Below, one piece after another: positions 1 to 11,702 of a stretch of DNA of 64,000 nucleotides; within the stretch, counting starts at the first letter, position 1, and each line of letters starts with the position of its first letter. The translations under genes and the position numbers were made by a program. The stretch is from Octopus vulgaris (lineage: Eukaryota): the NCBI GenBank assembly GCA_951406725.2, contig OX597815.1:141050001-141114000 (forward strand). Reading direction: 5' to 3'. The notes beneath the pieces are model-generated. The model saw nothing but the letters and a program-made list of their open reading frames with translations, searched no databases and had not been told where the DNA came from.

Positions 1-1875
1 ATGAATTAAGATGTGAAAATATGTTATTCATTTATGAATACATACAATATATATAACGTATCAAAGAGAGTTAATAACTAAAGTGTAATATATATATATC
101 TATATGTATGTGTGTGCGTGTGTGCGTGTGTGTTTGTTATGTATTAACGATAACATTTTGTGCTATTTTGCATCGGAAATCTTCAATAACGACGCGATGT
201 CTTATGAGATACATAAATTAAGAGGAATTCTTGGGCAGTATATCATTTGACATTAAATACACTCTGAATTAATCTGTTATCTACCGTGATGTGAAATAAA
301 TTAAAACTAGTTAATAGTAATGACGCTATCAAGACATTAGTATTGGTGTAATTCATCACAGCTGAAAATTTATATAATTACAAACTTTTATCTGTACATT
401 GTTCAAGAATAGACAGTTTATGCCACGTGGCTTATACTTATTGTTCACCTTTCGACAACTTATATAGATACTATGGTTTATTACCAGTCTTCTAGAAAAT
501 AAATTTTAAAGCCACCGTTGTGTATATTTAGAGCTTAAGTACAAACAATGTATATAACAAGAATTCATTGACAATAAAGGGAGTTACATAATCATTTATA
601 ACAAGGTATAAGCATAAATGGACGAATATGTCTATTGACATATATATCTGGCGAAACAGGCCCTGCCTATTTGAGCATACCTGCTGCAAAATTTAGAACC
701 ACAATTGTACGTTTGTGAAAGAAAGCTTTCGTTATGTTCACGTTGCTATTACTCCTTTAGGCAGACAAATATCCCTTCATTGGGTAACCTTTATGTTTGT
801 ACACTAGTGATTTAAATCGTTAGTTACATGTTTCTGCTGGCTGTGTTACAGAAATTAGGAATAGACCAAGTGTTAAGATATTAAGAACTGTATGTTAATG
901 AAATAGGACGACTGATTTTGTGTCTCTATAAAATAATTAATTATTTCATGTTTTTATGAACTATACTTCCCGACATAAAATTATGAAAGCGAAGTGCCTA
1001 AATCCGAAAAGAAATGATATGAGAAAGTAAAAGTGATATAAAGTGAACGTTGACCTACCTATCATCATCTCTTGTTTTACTATTTATTAGAATTTTAATG
1101 TTTGTTGATTGGGAGAATTTCTGATATGTGTTACCTTGAGGTATTTGGACGGCTTTATAGCTTACAGCTAATGAAAATAAAACATTAGTCAATTTTGGAT
1201 CGATATCATAGACTGGTCTTCTACAAATTTCCTAGCCTCGTGTATGTGTTATAAGCAATTATTTATAATTAATTTAACTGTAAAGATATAGAATCTACTC
1301 TCAATAATTATTAGGTCAAAATTTGTTTGTATTGGATAGATACTTTTTTAGCTTAATATATACCAAAATGCAAATAAATTAACTGTTTTTGCAGATATTT
1401 CGTTCTTGCAGATATTTGGTTATGTAACCGGTTCCCTCCATTATGAGATCTGGTTGTGTTTCCTCAGGCGATATATGAATATTATTTCCGTAAGTTCAAA
1501 TTCTCGGCTTGAAGAGCATCTCAACGTCTGTTATGGCCTGGACTTAGTAGCAGCCACCGAGGGTATCAAGATATGTGTTGTGACTGAAGGTCCGTTGGCA
1601 AAGTACTTTGATTGTGTAGATGGATTGGGATGGTGGATTTACTGGATTTAAAGTGATTGTCGTTGTTAAAGTGATTGTCGCACTTGATGTATTTGAACTG
1701 TTGATTTGTTCTTGCGATTACATTGACTAACCTTTATGAACGGTTCCATACATACACGTACATGCTAGCGCACATATACAAATATGCATGCGCACGCGAA
1801 TACATACACACACATAAAATTATATACATAATATACATCCATCCATGGAAACAAAACACGCAAACAGAGGTGCAC

Positions 1876-1973
1876 ATATCATGAATAGCGATAGCGAAAC
1901 CGGTCGAGATATTAAAAATTATATTAAAAATATGTAAAGTGTGCGTATTTTCCTTTTTTTAATTTCTTATATA
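1876..1973 (+). repeat. Penelope pLTR-like end with a degenerate hammerhead motif; second copy at 10239-10341
   Basis: atatc-ATGAATA-gcgatagc-GAAA-ccgg-TC-gagat, then attaaa and tttcttatata. A diverged direct copy starts at 10239. Confidence 0.5.
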
Positions 1974-2174
1974 CATTACAACTCACCACTTGGGGATAAT
2001 CGAAATTCCTACTTTCTGTTACTACTACTATATATATATATATACATACATAAGCGTACTCACCTGTGCGTGTGATTGCACATGCATCCATGCTCACAAC
2101 TGCATGTACGCATATGATATATGTGGTTGTTATATTATTCGTGTGTTTGTATAGAAAGGGATGGAGAGAGTTCA

Positions 2175-2395
<221 letters not shown>

Positions 2396-5300
2396 ATTGT
2401 CATTTACTTTTAATCTGCATGTTTGATGCAATCACCTGCCGGGGCACACCCAGCGCCTAGGGCAAGTGAAGGTTAAGAGTTGTTGAAATATAGCTGAAAG
2501 CTTGGGGAGGGGAAGTAGAGATATATCTCCATGTAATGCAAACACAAACATTTACATTGATAGGGTTTTTCTAAGGATGTGGGCAGTACTTGTTAGCACA
2601 ATCTTTTGGATTTCCTTGAGACATGGTTTTCCAGGGATATTGTCTAGGTGTTTCTGACATCCCTTTTTTATCATACCTAGGGCACCTACAATAACAGGAA
2701 CAGTTTTTGTTTTAAGATTCCACATCCTCTGTATTTCGATTTCCAGGTCCTTATATTTACTAAGTTTGTCAAATTCCTTGACAGATACATTTTTATCAGT
2801 GGGGACGCTTACTTCTATTAGTCTGCAGGTATTTTCTTCCCCTGTCTTTAACAATTATGTCTGGTCGATTAGCCTTGATCGTTCTGTCAGTGTTGACTGG
2901 AAAATCCCAGAGGATGGTGACATCTTTACCTTCAACAACTGGCTGAGGATGGTGTTCATACCAGTTAGCAGGAGTGTCGGATTTGTAGTGTTTACATATC
3001 TTCCAATGTATATACTGTCCTACCCTATCGTGGCGATTTTTGTATTCGTTTGGTGTCAGCACAGGACATCCCGAAACGAGATGGTCTATTGTTTCGTCAA
3101 ATGTGTCACAGAATCTGCATTTAGGTTCAGTACCGTTTCGGAGAACGTTAGCCTGGTAATTTCTGGTAAAAAGCTTTGATCTTGTGCTGCCATTATGAAG
3201 CCTTCAGTCTCTGCTTTCAATCCAGAGCTCTTCAGCCACTGATGGGTTGTTGCTTGGTCTACATCAGCATTTTGGCTTCGGAGAATATATTGTCCATGCA
3301 GGGGCTTCTGGCTCCACCGCCTCTCAATTTGATTCTGCCCGTTCTTTTTTGCAGTCTGCTTGATTCGCTTTGCTTGCTTGGTAGCAGTGGTTTCCGGCTC
3401 TTCATCTGATTCAAGGTTAATGTCTAGTTCCCTTTCGAACTTATAAGCTTCCTTGACAATAGAATGCAGCCTTTTGCTGCTTTCGTGTTCGTACACAAGT
3501 CGCAGCATCCAATCCTTTGTACTAGATAGGTACCTATTCATTCCTACAGTAGAGGTCTTATAGCACAGCTTTAATTGCATCATTCCTCTCCCCCCGCTGC
3601 TTCTAGGTAGGTACAAGCGGTCTACATCTGCCTTATGGTGGTGCATGCTCTTGGATGTTAGTAACTTTCTTGTCTTCCTGTCCAAGCGTTGGAGTTCCGT
3701 AAGGTTCCAGTTAATGATGTTAAAACTGTACTGGACTACTGGAAGTGCCAGGGTGTTAATGGCCTCAATGCAATTTTTGGAGTTGAGTTCAGTCTTCAGT
3801 ACAAGCCTTATTCTCCTATAGTATTCCTTTCTTATTTTTTCCTTCATAGTAGCATGATGTATACCATCTCCTTCGTTGATTCCTAGGTATTTGTAACTTT
3901 CTTGTGGGTCAAGTTCCTTGATGGTAGTGTCAATATCTAATTTAACAGAAGCTGTTTGCCTGAGCTTGCCTCTTACAAAAGTTGCTTTAGCACACTTATC
4001 AAGGCCAAAATCCATTCCGATATCATTGCTAAACTCTTTAACAGTTGTTAGCAGCCCTTCTAGCTCTTGGTCATTCCTGGCAAACATCTTTAGGTCGTCC
4101 ATATAGAAAAGGTGGTTTATTAACTTACTAAAAACTTTGTACCCATATCTGGTACTATCCAATTCGTTTGAGAGTGGGATCAGTGCCATGCAAAAAAGTA
4201 ATGGAGAGAGGGAGTCACCTTGAAAGATGCCTCGTTTGATGTTGATGCTGTTGGACTGGCTCATCCCATTACTATGGCTTAGAAAGAGATGTGTGTTCCA
4301 CATTGTCATGCTATTCTCTAAGAATTTTGAGACGACAGGAGAGATCTTGTATATCTCAAGGGCCTTGAGTATCCATTTATGTGGGACACTGTCATACGCT
4401 TTCCTGTAGTCTATCCATGCCATACTCAGGTTTTTGTTTTTGCTCCGGCAATTCCTACAATCATTCTGTTTATGAGCAATTGGTCTTTGCACCCATAAGA
4501 GTTTCTTTTACAACCTTTTTGAGCTTGTGGAAGGATAGAATTTTGTTCAAGGAAAGCGTACATTCTCTCCGTTATTATGGATGTGAGGATTTTGTAGGTG
4601 GTGTTGAGACATGTTATTGGCCGGTAATTCTTTGGGTTTTTTGTGTCTTCGGTTTTAGGTAATAGGTAGGTGGTTCCTTCAGTCAGCCAAGCAGGTATTT
4701 GTTCTAGGTTCTGAATGACATCAGACAGAGATGCAGCGAGATGTTCGTGTACCTCTGTCAAACAATTCAGCCAGAAGTTAGGGATCCGATCCAGTCCTGG
4801 GGTTTTCCATTTATGAGCCTTCCTAAGGACACACCTTAGCTCCTCTATTCCTATTGCTTCCCATTTCTGTTCTTCAAGTTCATCCAGTCTCTCTTTCTCA
4901 CGTTCTATCCAGTCAGCCTCAGCATTAAACTCTTTTTCGTTGCTCCATACCTTCTTCCAGAACTCCTCCACTTCCTCAATCTTAGGTGGATCTTCTATGT
5001 GTATTTTATTTTTGCCAATTTCCCTATAAAATTTCTTTGAATCTGTCTTAAAAAATTTATTTTGTCAATAAAATTTGTTTCTTTTGTAATACCTTCTAAG
5101 CCGTTGAGCTTTCAACTGTATCCGTTGTTTCAACAGTTCCTTAGTTGCAGGGAGGTTTATGAGATCTTTGATTTTATATTTTTGCTTGATTTTTCTAGCT
5201 TTTCTCGGCTTAATATTCACTCCTCTAGCAAGCTCATCGAGAACTGAAACATCCGCCCGCAGAGATTCAATCTCTTTTTGTATCGCTACTTTCCACTTAG

Positions 5301-6390
5301 AAGGTTCATTGACATGCCTGGCCTTTTTCTTTGTCATCTTAATACCTAGTTGGGTAGTTACTACTTTAGCAGTGGAATAAATGAGATTATTTAAGGTTGT
5401 CAAATCATTCCCCTTATTTCTTAACATCTGTCCTAGGGCAACGTTATATGTCATGATTGTGTTGTTATTGCTTGTGCCATTTGAAAACTTTGGTAGTGGT
5501 TCTCTATTAACCATGTCAGTGAGCTCAATCTTGCCGAGTTCTCTCATAATGTCCACTTTTGCTTCCATAATCTTTTCTCTATTATTCACCTCAAATTCTA
5601 TGTCATATCTATTTTGGTTTTCTTGAGGAAGGTCTACGTTCTCCTCTTTTTTCAAATCTCTCGTCTTCGCTATTGTTTGTTTAACTTCCCCATTGGGAAG
5701 TTGATTTGCCGCTTGTACACTGGCGTCTGTGCGACTGTTACCTATTTCGTCTACATTGTTGCTGTTTTCTTTTGGTCTACCATGAGCTATTAGTGTCCTA
5801 ATTTTGTCAATTTCAGCGTCAGTTAGTCTTTTGTTTTTAATTATATCTCTGCGTACATTACTTAATTTATTTGCGTCTATATATCTACGTACGTCATTGC
5901 CTTCTGAATTTCTCCATGAGATGTATGTTTGTACACTGAGGTTATTGTTTGGGTTTAGTTGGGCTGTATAAAAAGCTTTCAACACATCTCTATAGTCCTC
6001 TCTGGTCCATTTTATACGTTTTGCTTTAGGTGGTGTTTTTGGTGGTGTCACTACAAGTCCAGAGTTAGAAGTATTCTGGTTCTGGTCACCTGGTAGATCG
6101 TCTTTTTGAGAGTTTGTTCCAGCAGCAAACTTTTCGACCCCAGTCTGGTTCCCTACTGGGTAACGCGGTCCTTGTTGTCCCGGGCGATGACCGATCCGGC
6201 ATGATTTTTGGCTTGTTTTCATTAAATGATTGACGGAGACATCAAAGGGGTCCATTTTTTCAGGGTCAATCTTTTGACAAAACACCGCTTCTGAATTCTC
6301 CGAATTAATATATTGTTCATATCGAACTCGCATAAGACTTACAGATCGAAATTCGCCTCTATTTATTTTGGTAGTCATGTTTCCGGGCAT
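2396..6390 (-). mobile_element. R4/Dong-clade non-LTR retrotransposon (single ORF: N-terminal domain, RT, CCHC knuckle, restriction-like endonuclease), near full length, disrupted
   Basis: The ORF pieces 5065-6390, 4426-4971, 3086-4492, 2796-3062 and 2552-2854 join into one protein. Motifs: N-terminal RIKWTREDYRDVLKAFY; RT motifs NYRPITCL, WIDYRKAYDSVPH, GIFQGDSLSPLLF, LFYMDDLK and YKYLG; CRFC..ETIDHLVSGC (read across a frameshift); RHD; RPDII..LIEVSVP..KLSKY..VPVIVGALG. The 3' UTR (2396-2551) runs into (TAA)n. The 5' end is uncertain and could extend to about 6937. Confidence 0.93.
2552..6390 (-). pseudogene. RT-RLE polyprotein of the R4/Dong element with one in-frame stop and three single-base frameshifts
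   Basis: TGA at 5065-5067 lies in NKFY*QNKFF and the same frame continues into ORF 4426-4971. Frameshifts fall near 4453 (MIV/ENCRSK), 3170 (QDQS/LFTRNYQ) and 2840 (VKDR/EENTC). Confidence 0.88.
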
Positions 6391-6541
6391 AACTGTTCAG
6401 TGACTTTCTAAATTCAGTGACCAATTTGCTCTTTTTTGCGTTTGTTCGTGAAAAATCGCTTTGTTTTTGTTTTGTTTTCGTCCGCGTACCGTGGTTTTTC
6501 TTTCTGTGTGTACGTGTGAGCGCGTGTAAGCATTATTTATG

Positions 6542-6640
6542 CTTTATAATTAAAATGTGTACGTGTATGCATAAACAGTTGCATGTATACTTTACAATTA
6601 AAATGACTACGTGTATGCATAAACAGTTGCATGTATACTT
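6542..6640. repeat. Tandem duplication, about 48-bp unit x2
   Basis: aattaaaatg..tacgtgtatgcataaacagttgcatgtatactt occurs twice in tandem. Confidence 0.9.
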
Positions 6641-6937
6641 ATTTAATTAATTAATTAATTAATCAATTTATGTACTTACTGTCTTTCAAGAGCTCTGATG
6701 TTCGCTTCTATTTCTTATGCATGTCACATGGAAATATTATGCATAAAAGAAAGAAAACCATACTATATATGGCAATAATAGTTCGGACTTTTTAGTTACT
6801 TTGCCTTAAAAGAAAATTTGGAAAAGATATTTTGTGGAACCTTTCTTCCATTGCAACGATGTTGTTGGATTAAATTCGTTTTTTGGAGAGAGGCTCCCAG
6901 GGAACATCCATGTTGTTATTCAGCCCGGAGCTCTTAT

Positions 6938-7135
<198 letters not shown>

Positions 7136-7145
7136 GTGCATTATA

Positions 7146-7487
7146 GTGAAAATCTATATCTCGATCGGTGGCAACATCCTTGGGTTTTCTCACTAAGCTT
7201 GTTTACCAGGTTTGCTTTGCTGAACAAGATACACAAGGCTTCTTCAAGGTACAAGTCACACACTCCAGATTATATATTATGTGTGTGCGTTTTTTTTATT
7301 CTTGACCATGTTATTTCATATTTTGTTTTTCCTTCTTTTGATCTCCATGTTACGTCCGCTATGTTATTGCTTGTTGTTCGCTTATCTTTCGGAATGAGGG
7401 GATATGATTGCGGTAACGGACCTTGAATTGGTTTTTCGAGGCTCCAATGTTTGCATATTTATATAGTCGTGTAGTGATTGTGCATTC
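7146..7487 (-). mobile_element. Penelope-like element, C-terminal part of the GIY-YIG endonuclease (degenerate)
   Basis: Hand translation gives ECTITTRLYKYANIGASKNQFKVRYRNHIPSFR...W..K...YEITWSRIKK...CDLYLEEALCILFSKANLVNKLSEKTQGCCHRSR. This matches the Penelope pattern YIG..FK.RY.NH..SF / W.I / C.LC..E / NKRSE...CRH. Confidence 0.75.
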
Positions 7488-9283
7488 GTTAGTTAGTTAG
7501 TTAGTTAATTTGGCTCAAAAGCAAATAGCAAGGCCATGTAGGGGGACATGGAGTTAAGTACAGAGTGGTGTTCATGTAAAGAGTTCAGGCCACTTGAGGT
7601 CCAGGGAGGCTTTGAACAAAGCGGTCGTCGGCATCTTCACCATCTCGTCTGGCAGCTTGTTCCACGGATCCGCAACCCGGACGGAGAAAGCTCCTCTCCT
7701 TCGATTGAGATGAAATCGTCGCAGGTAGAGCTTTTCGGAATGACCCCGCAGCCGACGCTCCGGAGCAGGAGTGAAGAACAGCTCTTTCGAGAGGTTACAC
7801 TTCCCGCTTATGATGTTGTGGGCGAGAATGAGATCACCACGGCGGCGGCGTTTTTCAAGAGAATAAAGGTCGAGCGTCCTCAGCCTTTCTTCGTAGGACA
7901 AATTTTTGAGACCATGAACCATGCGGGTAGCCAGCCTCTGGACTCTTTCGAGGTGCTGTATGTCTTTGAGGAGATAAGGAGAAGAGGCTTGAATCCCATA
8001 CTCCAATATGGGTCTCACCAGCGTGACATAGAGTGGCAGGAATATGGCTGCTGTGAGCATTCCGAATGACCGTCGAATCAAAAACAGAATTCCGCGCGCT
8101 TTGTTGGCAGCATGGACGCACTGGGCCGAAGGCGAAAAGGAGGAATCAACCAAGATACCCAGGTCCTTTACCTGATCGGTCCTCTCCAGCAGCAGACGAC
8201 CCGGCTCGAAATCAAGTTGAGTTCCAGGAGTAGAGCCGACAGGCAGATGACAGCACTTTGACACGTTCAGACACAGGTCCCAATCGTTAGACCACTTCCA
8301 AATTTGGTGGAGGCATCGACGAAGATCCTCTATACTACCGCGAGGAGCGACCAGTTTGATATCGTCGGCAAATAGAAGGGTGTGTTGCGTGAGGTCGTCG
8401 GGCAAGTCATTTATGAAGACTAAGAACAACAAGGGCCCAAGCACTGAACCTTGAGGCACGCCACTGCTCGCACTGGAGACGTGAACTTGGAAGGAGCGAT
8501 CTGAGAGGAAGGCACCAACCCATCGTACAATATCCGGATGGAAACTATATGCTTGAAGCTTGACAAGTAGTAGGCGGTGGTTTACCGAGTCAAAAGCTTT
8601 GGCAAAGTCCAATAAAACGATGTCAACAGCATCACTATCATCGAGGATGCGCGTCACCAATTCTTCCATTACTAGTAAGTTGGTCAAGCATGATCTCTTC
8701 GGCACGAAGCCGTGTTGGGAATCAGTGATCGAGGCTCTGTTTAGGAGGTGGAGCATCATACTTTTCTTAAGGATGGTTTCGAACATCTTGCTGATTATTG
8801 ATGTAAGGGAAACCGGTCGGTAGTTAAGCGGGTCTTCGCGGCTCCCTTTCTTGAAAATTGGGCAGATTATCGCTGTTCTCCAGTCTGCAGGTATAACACC
8901 CGTCGCCAATGACATATTGAATAGTCGTGTTAAGGGCTCGCAGATGACCGGAGCCAACGCTTTGATAACCCGTGGGTGTATACCGTCAGGGCCGTGACCC
9001 TTGTTGACATCGAGGCCTTGAATAACACGTTTGACATGGTCCCGCGTGATGATCAATCGAAGCATTGGAGGTACCGATCTATCAAATGGAGGGGGTTCAC
9101 GACCATCATCTTGTTTGAAAATAGTTGAAAAAGCCTCGGCAAATAATTGACTCTGTTGATAAGGGTCCTCAATCGATACGCCTGTTGAGTCTACCAACGT
9201 TGCAATCTGGTTGTTCAAGCGGGAATTCCGCTGGACATGGGCAAAGAAGGTTTTTGGATTGCTACTGGCATTTGCCGCGATTA
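7488..9283 (-). mobile_element. 5'-truncated CR1/L2-group (Jockey superclade) LINE: RT and C-terminus, 3' UTR hairpin, (TAAC)n tail
   Basis: Uninterrupted frame with KGHGPDGIHP, NYRPVSLTS, QHGF..KRSCLTNL, LDFAKAFDSV, GVPQGSVLGPLLF, LFADDIKL, KDLGI and LSYEERL..LYSLEKRRRRGDLI. Stem-loop CCATGT-N6-ACATGG at 7534-7551. (TAAC)5 at 7488-7507. No APE domain present. Confidence 0.93.
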
Positions 9284-9635
9284 CATATACGAACGTATAT
9301 GGTGTTTTTTTGTTTTGCATGCACTTATACATGTATGGACATGCAAATTTATTGCGACAGCTGCTATAATTTGCACTATTATTATTTTTGTAGTTATTAG
9401 ATGATATTTTGCTTTTGTTTCCGTGATTTTCTAGTTGATTTACAGTGTTTGGAGTGTTCTTGATGGTAATGTCCGTTTTGTTGTTTGTTTTATCAGTGCT
9501 TCTTATGTTCCTATTATAACTGCCGGGATCGCTATACTTGTTTTTGTGATCCATATTGTGTTTATTTTTGTTCTTGCTCTTATACCCAGTGTTGTTTTCG
9601 TCTCTTCGTTCCGTATTTGTGGTTGTTGTTTGCAT
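7572..9635 (-). CDS. Chimeric 687-aa ORF: about 114 codons of Penelope linker fused in frame to CR1-type reverse transcriptase (expression unproven)
   Basis: From the ORF track. The N-terminus is Asn/Lys-rich with SCRNKFACPYMYKC (Penelope pre-GIY-YIG Cys motif). CR1 homology starts at IAANASSNPKTFF. Confidence 0.45.
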   Translation of the reverse strand: MQTTTTNTERRDENNTGYKSKNKNKHNMDHKNKYSDPGSYNRNIRSTDKTNNKTDITIKNTPNTVNQLENHGNKSKISSNNYKNNNSANYSSCRNKFACPYMYKCMQNKKTPYTFVYVIAANASSNPKTFFAHVQRNSRLNNQIATLVDSTGVSIEDPYQQSQLFAEAFSTIFKQDDGREPPPFDRSVPPMLRLIITRDHVKRVIQGLDVNKGHGPDGIHPRVIKALAPVICEPLTRLFNMSLATGVIPADWRTAIICPIFKKGSREDPLNYRPVSLTSIISKMFETILKKSMMLHLLNRASITDSQHGFVPKRSCLTNLLVMEELVTRILDDSDAVDIVLLDFAKAFDSVNHRLLLVKLQAYSFHPDIVRWVGAFLSDRSFQVHVSSASSGVPQGSVLGPLLFLVFINDLPDDLTQHTLLFADDIKLVAPRGSIEDLRRCLHQIWKWSNDWDLCLNVSKCCHLPVGSTPGTQLDFEPGRLLLERTDQVKDLGILVDSSFSPSAQCVHAANKARGILFLIRRSFGMLTAAIFLPLYVTLVRPILEYGIQASSPYLLKDIQHLERVQRLATRMVHGLKNLSYEERLRTLDLYSLEKRRRRGDLILAHNIISGKCNLSKELFFTPAPERRLRGHSEKLYLRRFHLNRRRGAFSVRVADPWNKLPDEMVKMPTTALFKASLDLKWPELFT

Positions 9636-9850
9636 TCATACATTTGTATTTGTGTATGGAGTACTTCATGTTGTTGGATGTGGCGCACGATATTTTACTG
9701 TGTGCCTGTTAAGGATAAAATTATATTTATGTTTTAGGGAAGCACCTACCTAACGCTGTAAGGAATTCCTTGCCCATCTGCGATATTTGCAAACCAAGGA
9801 CTGGGTTGTACGATAAGACCTCAAAATTTGTGTAATTTTTATTTGGTTGC
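9294..9850 (-). mobile_element. Penelope-like element, RT-to-endonuclease linker (upstream half of the element split by the CR1 insertion)
   Basis: Across frameshifts it reads YNPV..QMGKEFLTALGRCFPK..FILNRHTVK.SC..SNNM, matching WFNPP..IGK.FL..FP..IFNRNTVKVSYSC..NM. It rejoins 7487 as N-T-I-Y-E-C-T-I-T. Confidence 0.7.
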
Positions 9851-10336
9851 ATGAACCTATTTTGTGTTGTTGTTATTTTGTGTGTCGTTGTCACTATTAT
9901 TTTTATTATTTTGGGTCGTGTTTATTTTTTTCCTACTTACCATTCGATCTTGAATTTGTATGCTTCTATTGCATGTTTGTTTTTGTTTTTAATAGCACGT
10001 GTGTTTTCTACTTTAGGTGAGTGGGTAATATCATTTAGGGTTTCGCCAGGTGTAAAGTTGACTCTTTACCGAAAGCTGAACAGTTATCTCCCTTACCCAC
10101 AAAAAAACAATAATAACGATAACCAATTACTTCCCCTTATTTTTCTACTTGTGAAGTTATTCACTCGTAAATATCATCACACATAACATGGACAAAATTT
10201 CTTCCTAAGAACATACATATTGAAATAAGTAAAATATAATATCATGAATACCGAATGCGAAACCTGCCGATATATTAAAATTTATATTAAAACTATGTAA
10301 AGTGTACGTATTTCCCCCTTTTTTTTTTTGATTTCT

Positions 10337-10367
<31 letters not shown>

Positions 10368-10371
10368 TAAG

Positions 10372-10897
10372 AATTAGGGTATCTACGAGATAGCACTATG
10401 CTGAAAATAGCAGCCATGATCTGATTTTAAAACCACTTTAATTGTCCATATATCAACACGGAGAGAAAACAAAGAGACAAGATGAAACTAGTAAAAAATT
10501 ACTGGATAATTCTAGATCCCGGATATCTGGATTTGCATTTAGTAATGCTTTACCTCGTCAGTAGAATATACACAGACGAGAAACATAAATGCACATATAT
10601 TCAATCACAATATACGAATACTTACATATACGAACGTATACCCTCATATATATGCACGTATGCATCACGGCCAGTTCAAAATGCCCGCCGCATAATTCCA
10701 TGTGAGATATGGTCAAAATATCGCCGCAGTAAATACAATGACGAAATAAATTAAGCGGCCGACATTTTGAACTGGCCATGATGCATACATGCATATACAT
10801 GTGGGTATACGTTCGTATATGTAAGTATTCGTATGCTGTGTTTGTATATATACGCATGCTATTTTCAGCATGGTGGTATGTCGTAGATACCCTAATT
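10372..10897. mobile_element. Fold-back element with 41-bp terminal inverted repeats and nested inner inverted repeats of about 86 bp
   Basis: 10372-10412 matches the reverse complement of 10857-10897 at 38/41. The inner arms 10612-10697 and 10749-10834 are reverse complements with few mismatches. Confidence 0.75.
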
Positions 10898-11006
10898 TTT
10901 TATTTTAATAATTATTACCTTTGAAGGTTATTTTTCCATGCTGACCACTTGATAAAATCGTTATTTTATTTTCAAATTAAAGATCTTATCCTTATGTATA
11001 TAAATT

Positions 11007-11059
<53 letters not shown>

Positions 11060-11091
11060 TTTATTTTAAGCAGCAGAAAATTCAACAAAAT

Positions 11092-11129
11092 CTGTTACTC
11101 TGAGTTTCTCGTTGCCGTTCATCAGACAG
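11092..11129 (-). ncRNA. Minimal type-I hammerhead ribozyme motif (Penelope-associated type), intact core
   Basis: Minus strand reads CTGT-CTGATGA-ACGGCAACGA-GAAA-CTCAGAG-TA-ACAG: stem I CTGT/ACAG, CUGAUGA and GAAA cores, near-palindromic stem III, GUA cleavage triplet. Confidence 0.65.
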
Positions 11130-11702
11130 TTTTTGCTAGAATGGAACATATATATTAATTCAATCTATACTCTTACAAACGCTACACCTTTAAAAAGAAA
11201 TGGACTTGTTTGATTGGCCCTTTAGAAAAAACGGTCAATCTTCGAGCGATAAACAAAAAGGTCAAAAATATATGTATATATATATAAAAAACTTATAAAA
11301 TTATAAAATCCGAGGAAAAAACCGAGGAAAAAACCTATTGCCGTTAATGAAGACAGTACAAATTAATGCATAGAAATTAAACCTGTTATAAATACTGCAA
11401 TACATATTTATATTAAAATCCACATATATATATCAACATACACAAAAGGATGCGCGTAAACGCCATACATACATATACAGACGTATGAATATGAATCTAA
11501 ATTATACACATAAAAGCATGTGTACATATATTCACGCAAACCGTCTCGCACGCAAGCTAAAATTCATCTATGTAGCAATTCTCATATACTGAGCAAGGAG
11601 GGGGAACGAAAGAAAGGGAAAGAGAGAAAAAAGAAACGAAGGAGGGGTGGGGAAAACTTGTAGCGATATTATTGACATCTATAGAGGCCAGTATACATAC
11701 AC

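Noticed and set aside
550-1720. Possible decayed retroelement on the minus strand (GYP and IPQG echoes)
   Set aside because: Motifs are too short and not in a consistent frame to support a call.
7548-8069. 173-aa plus-strand ORF
   Set aside because: Antisense shadow of the GC-rich CR1 RT.
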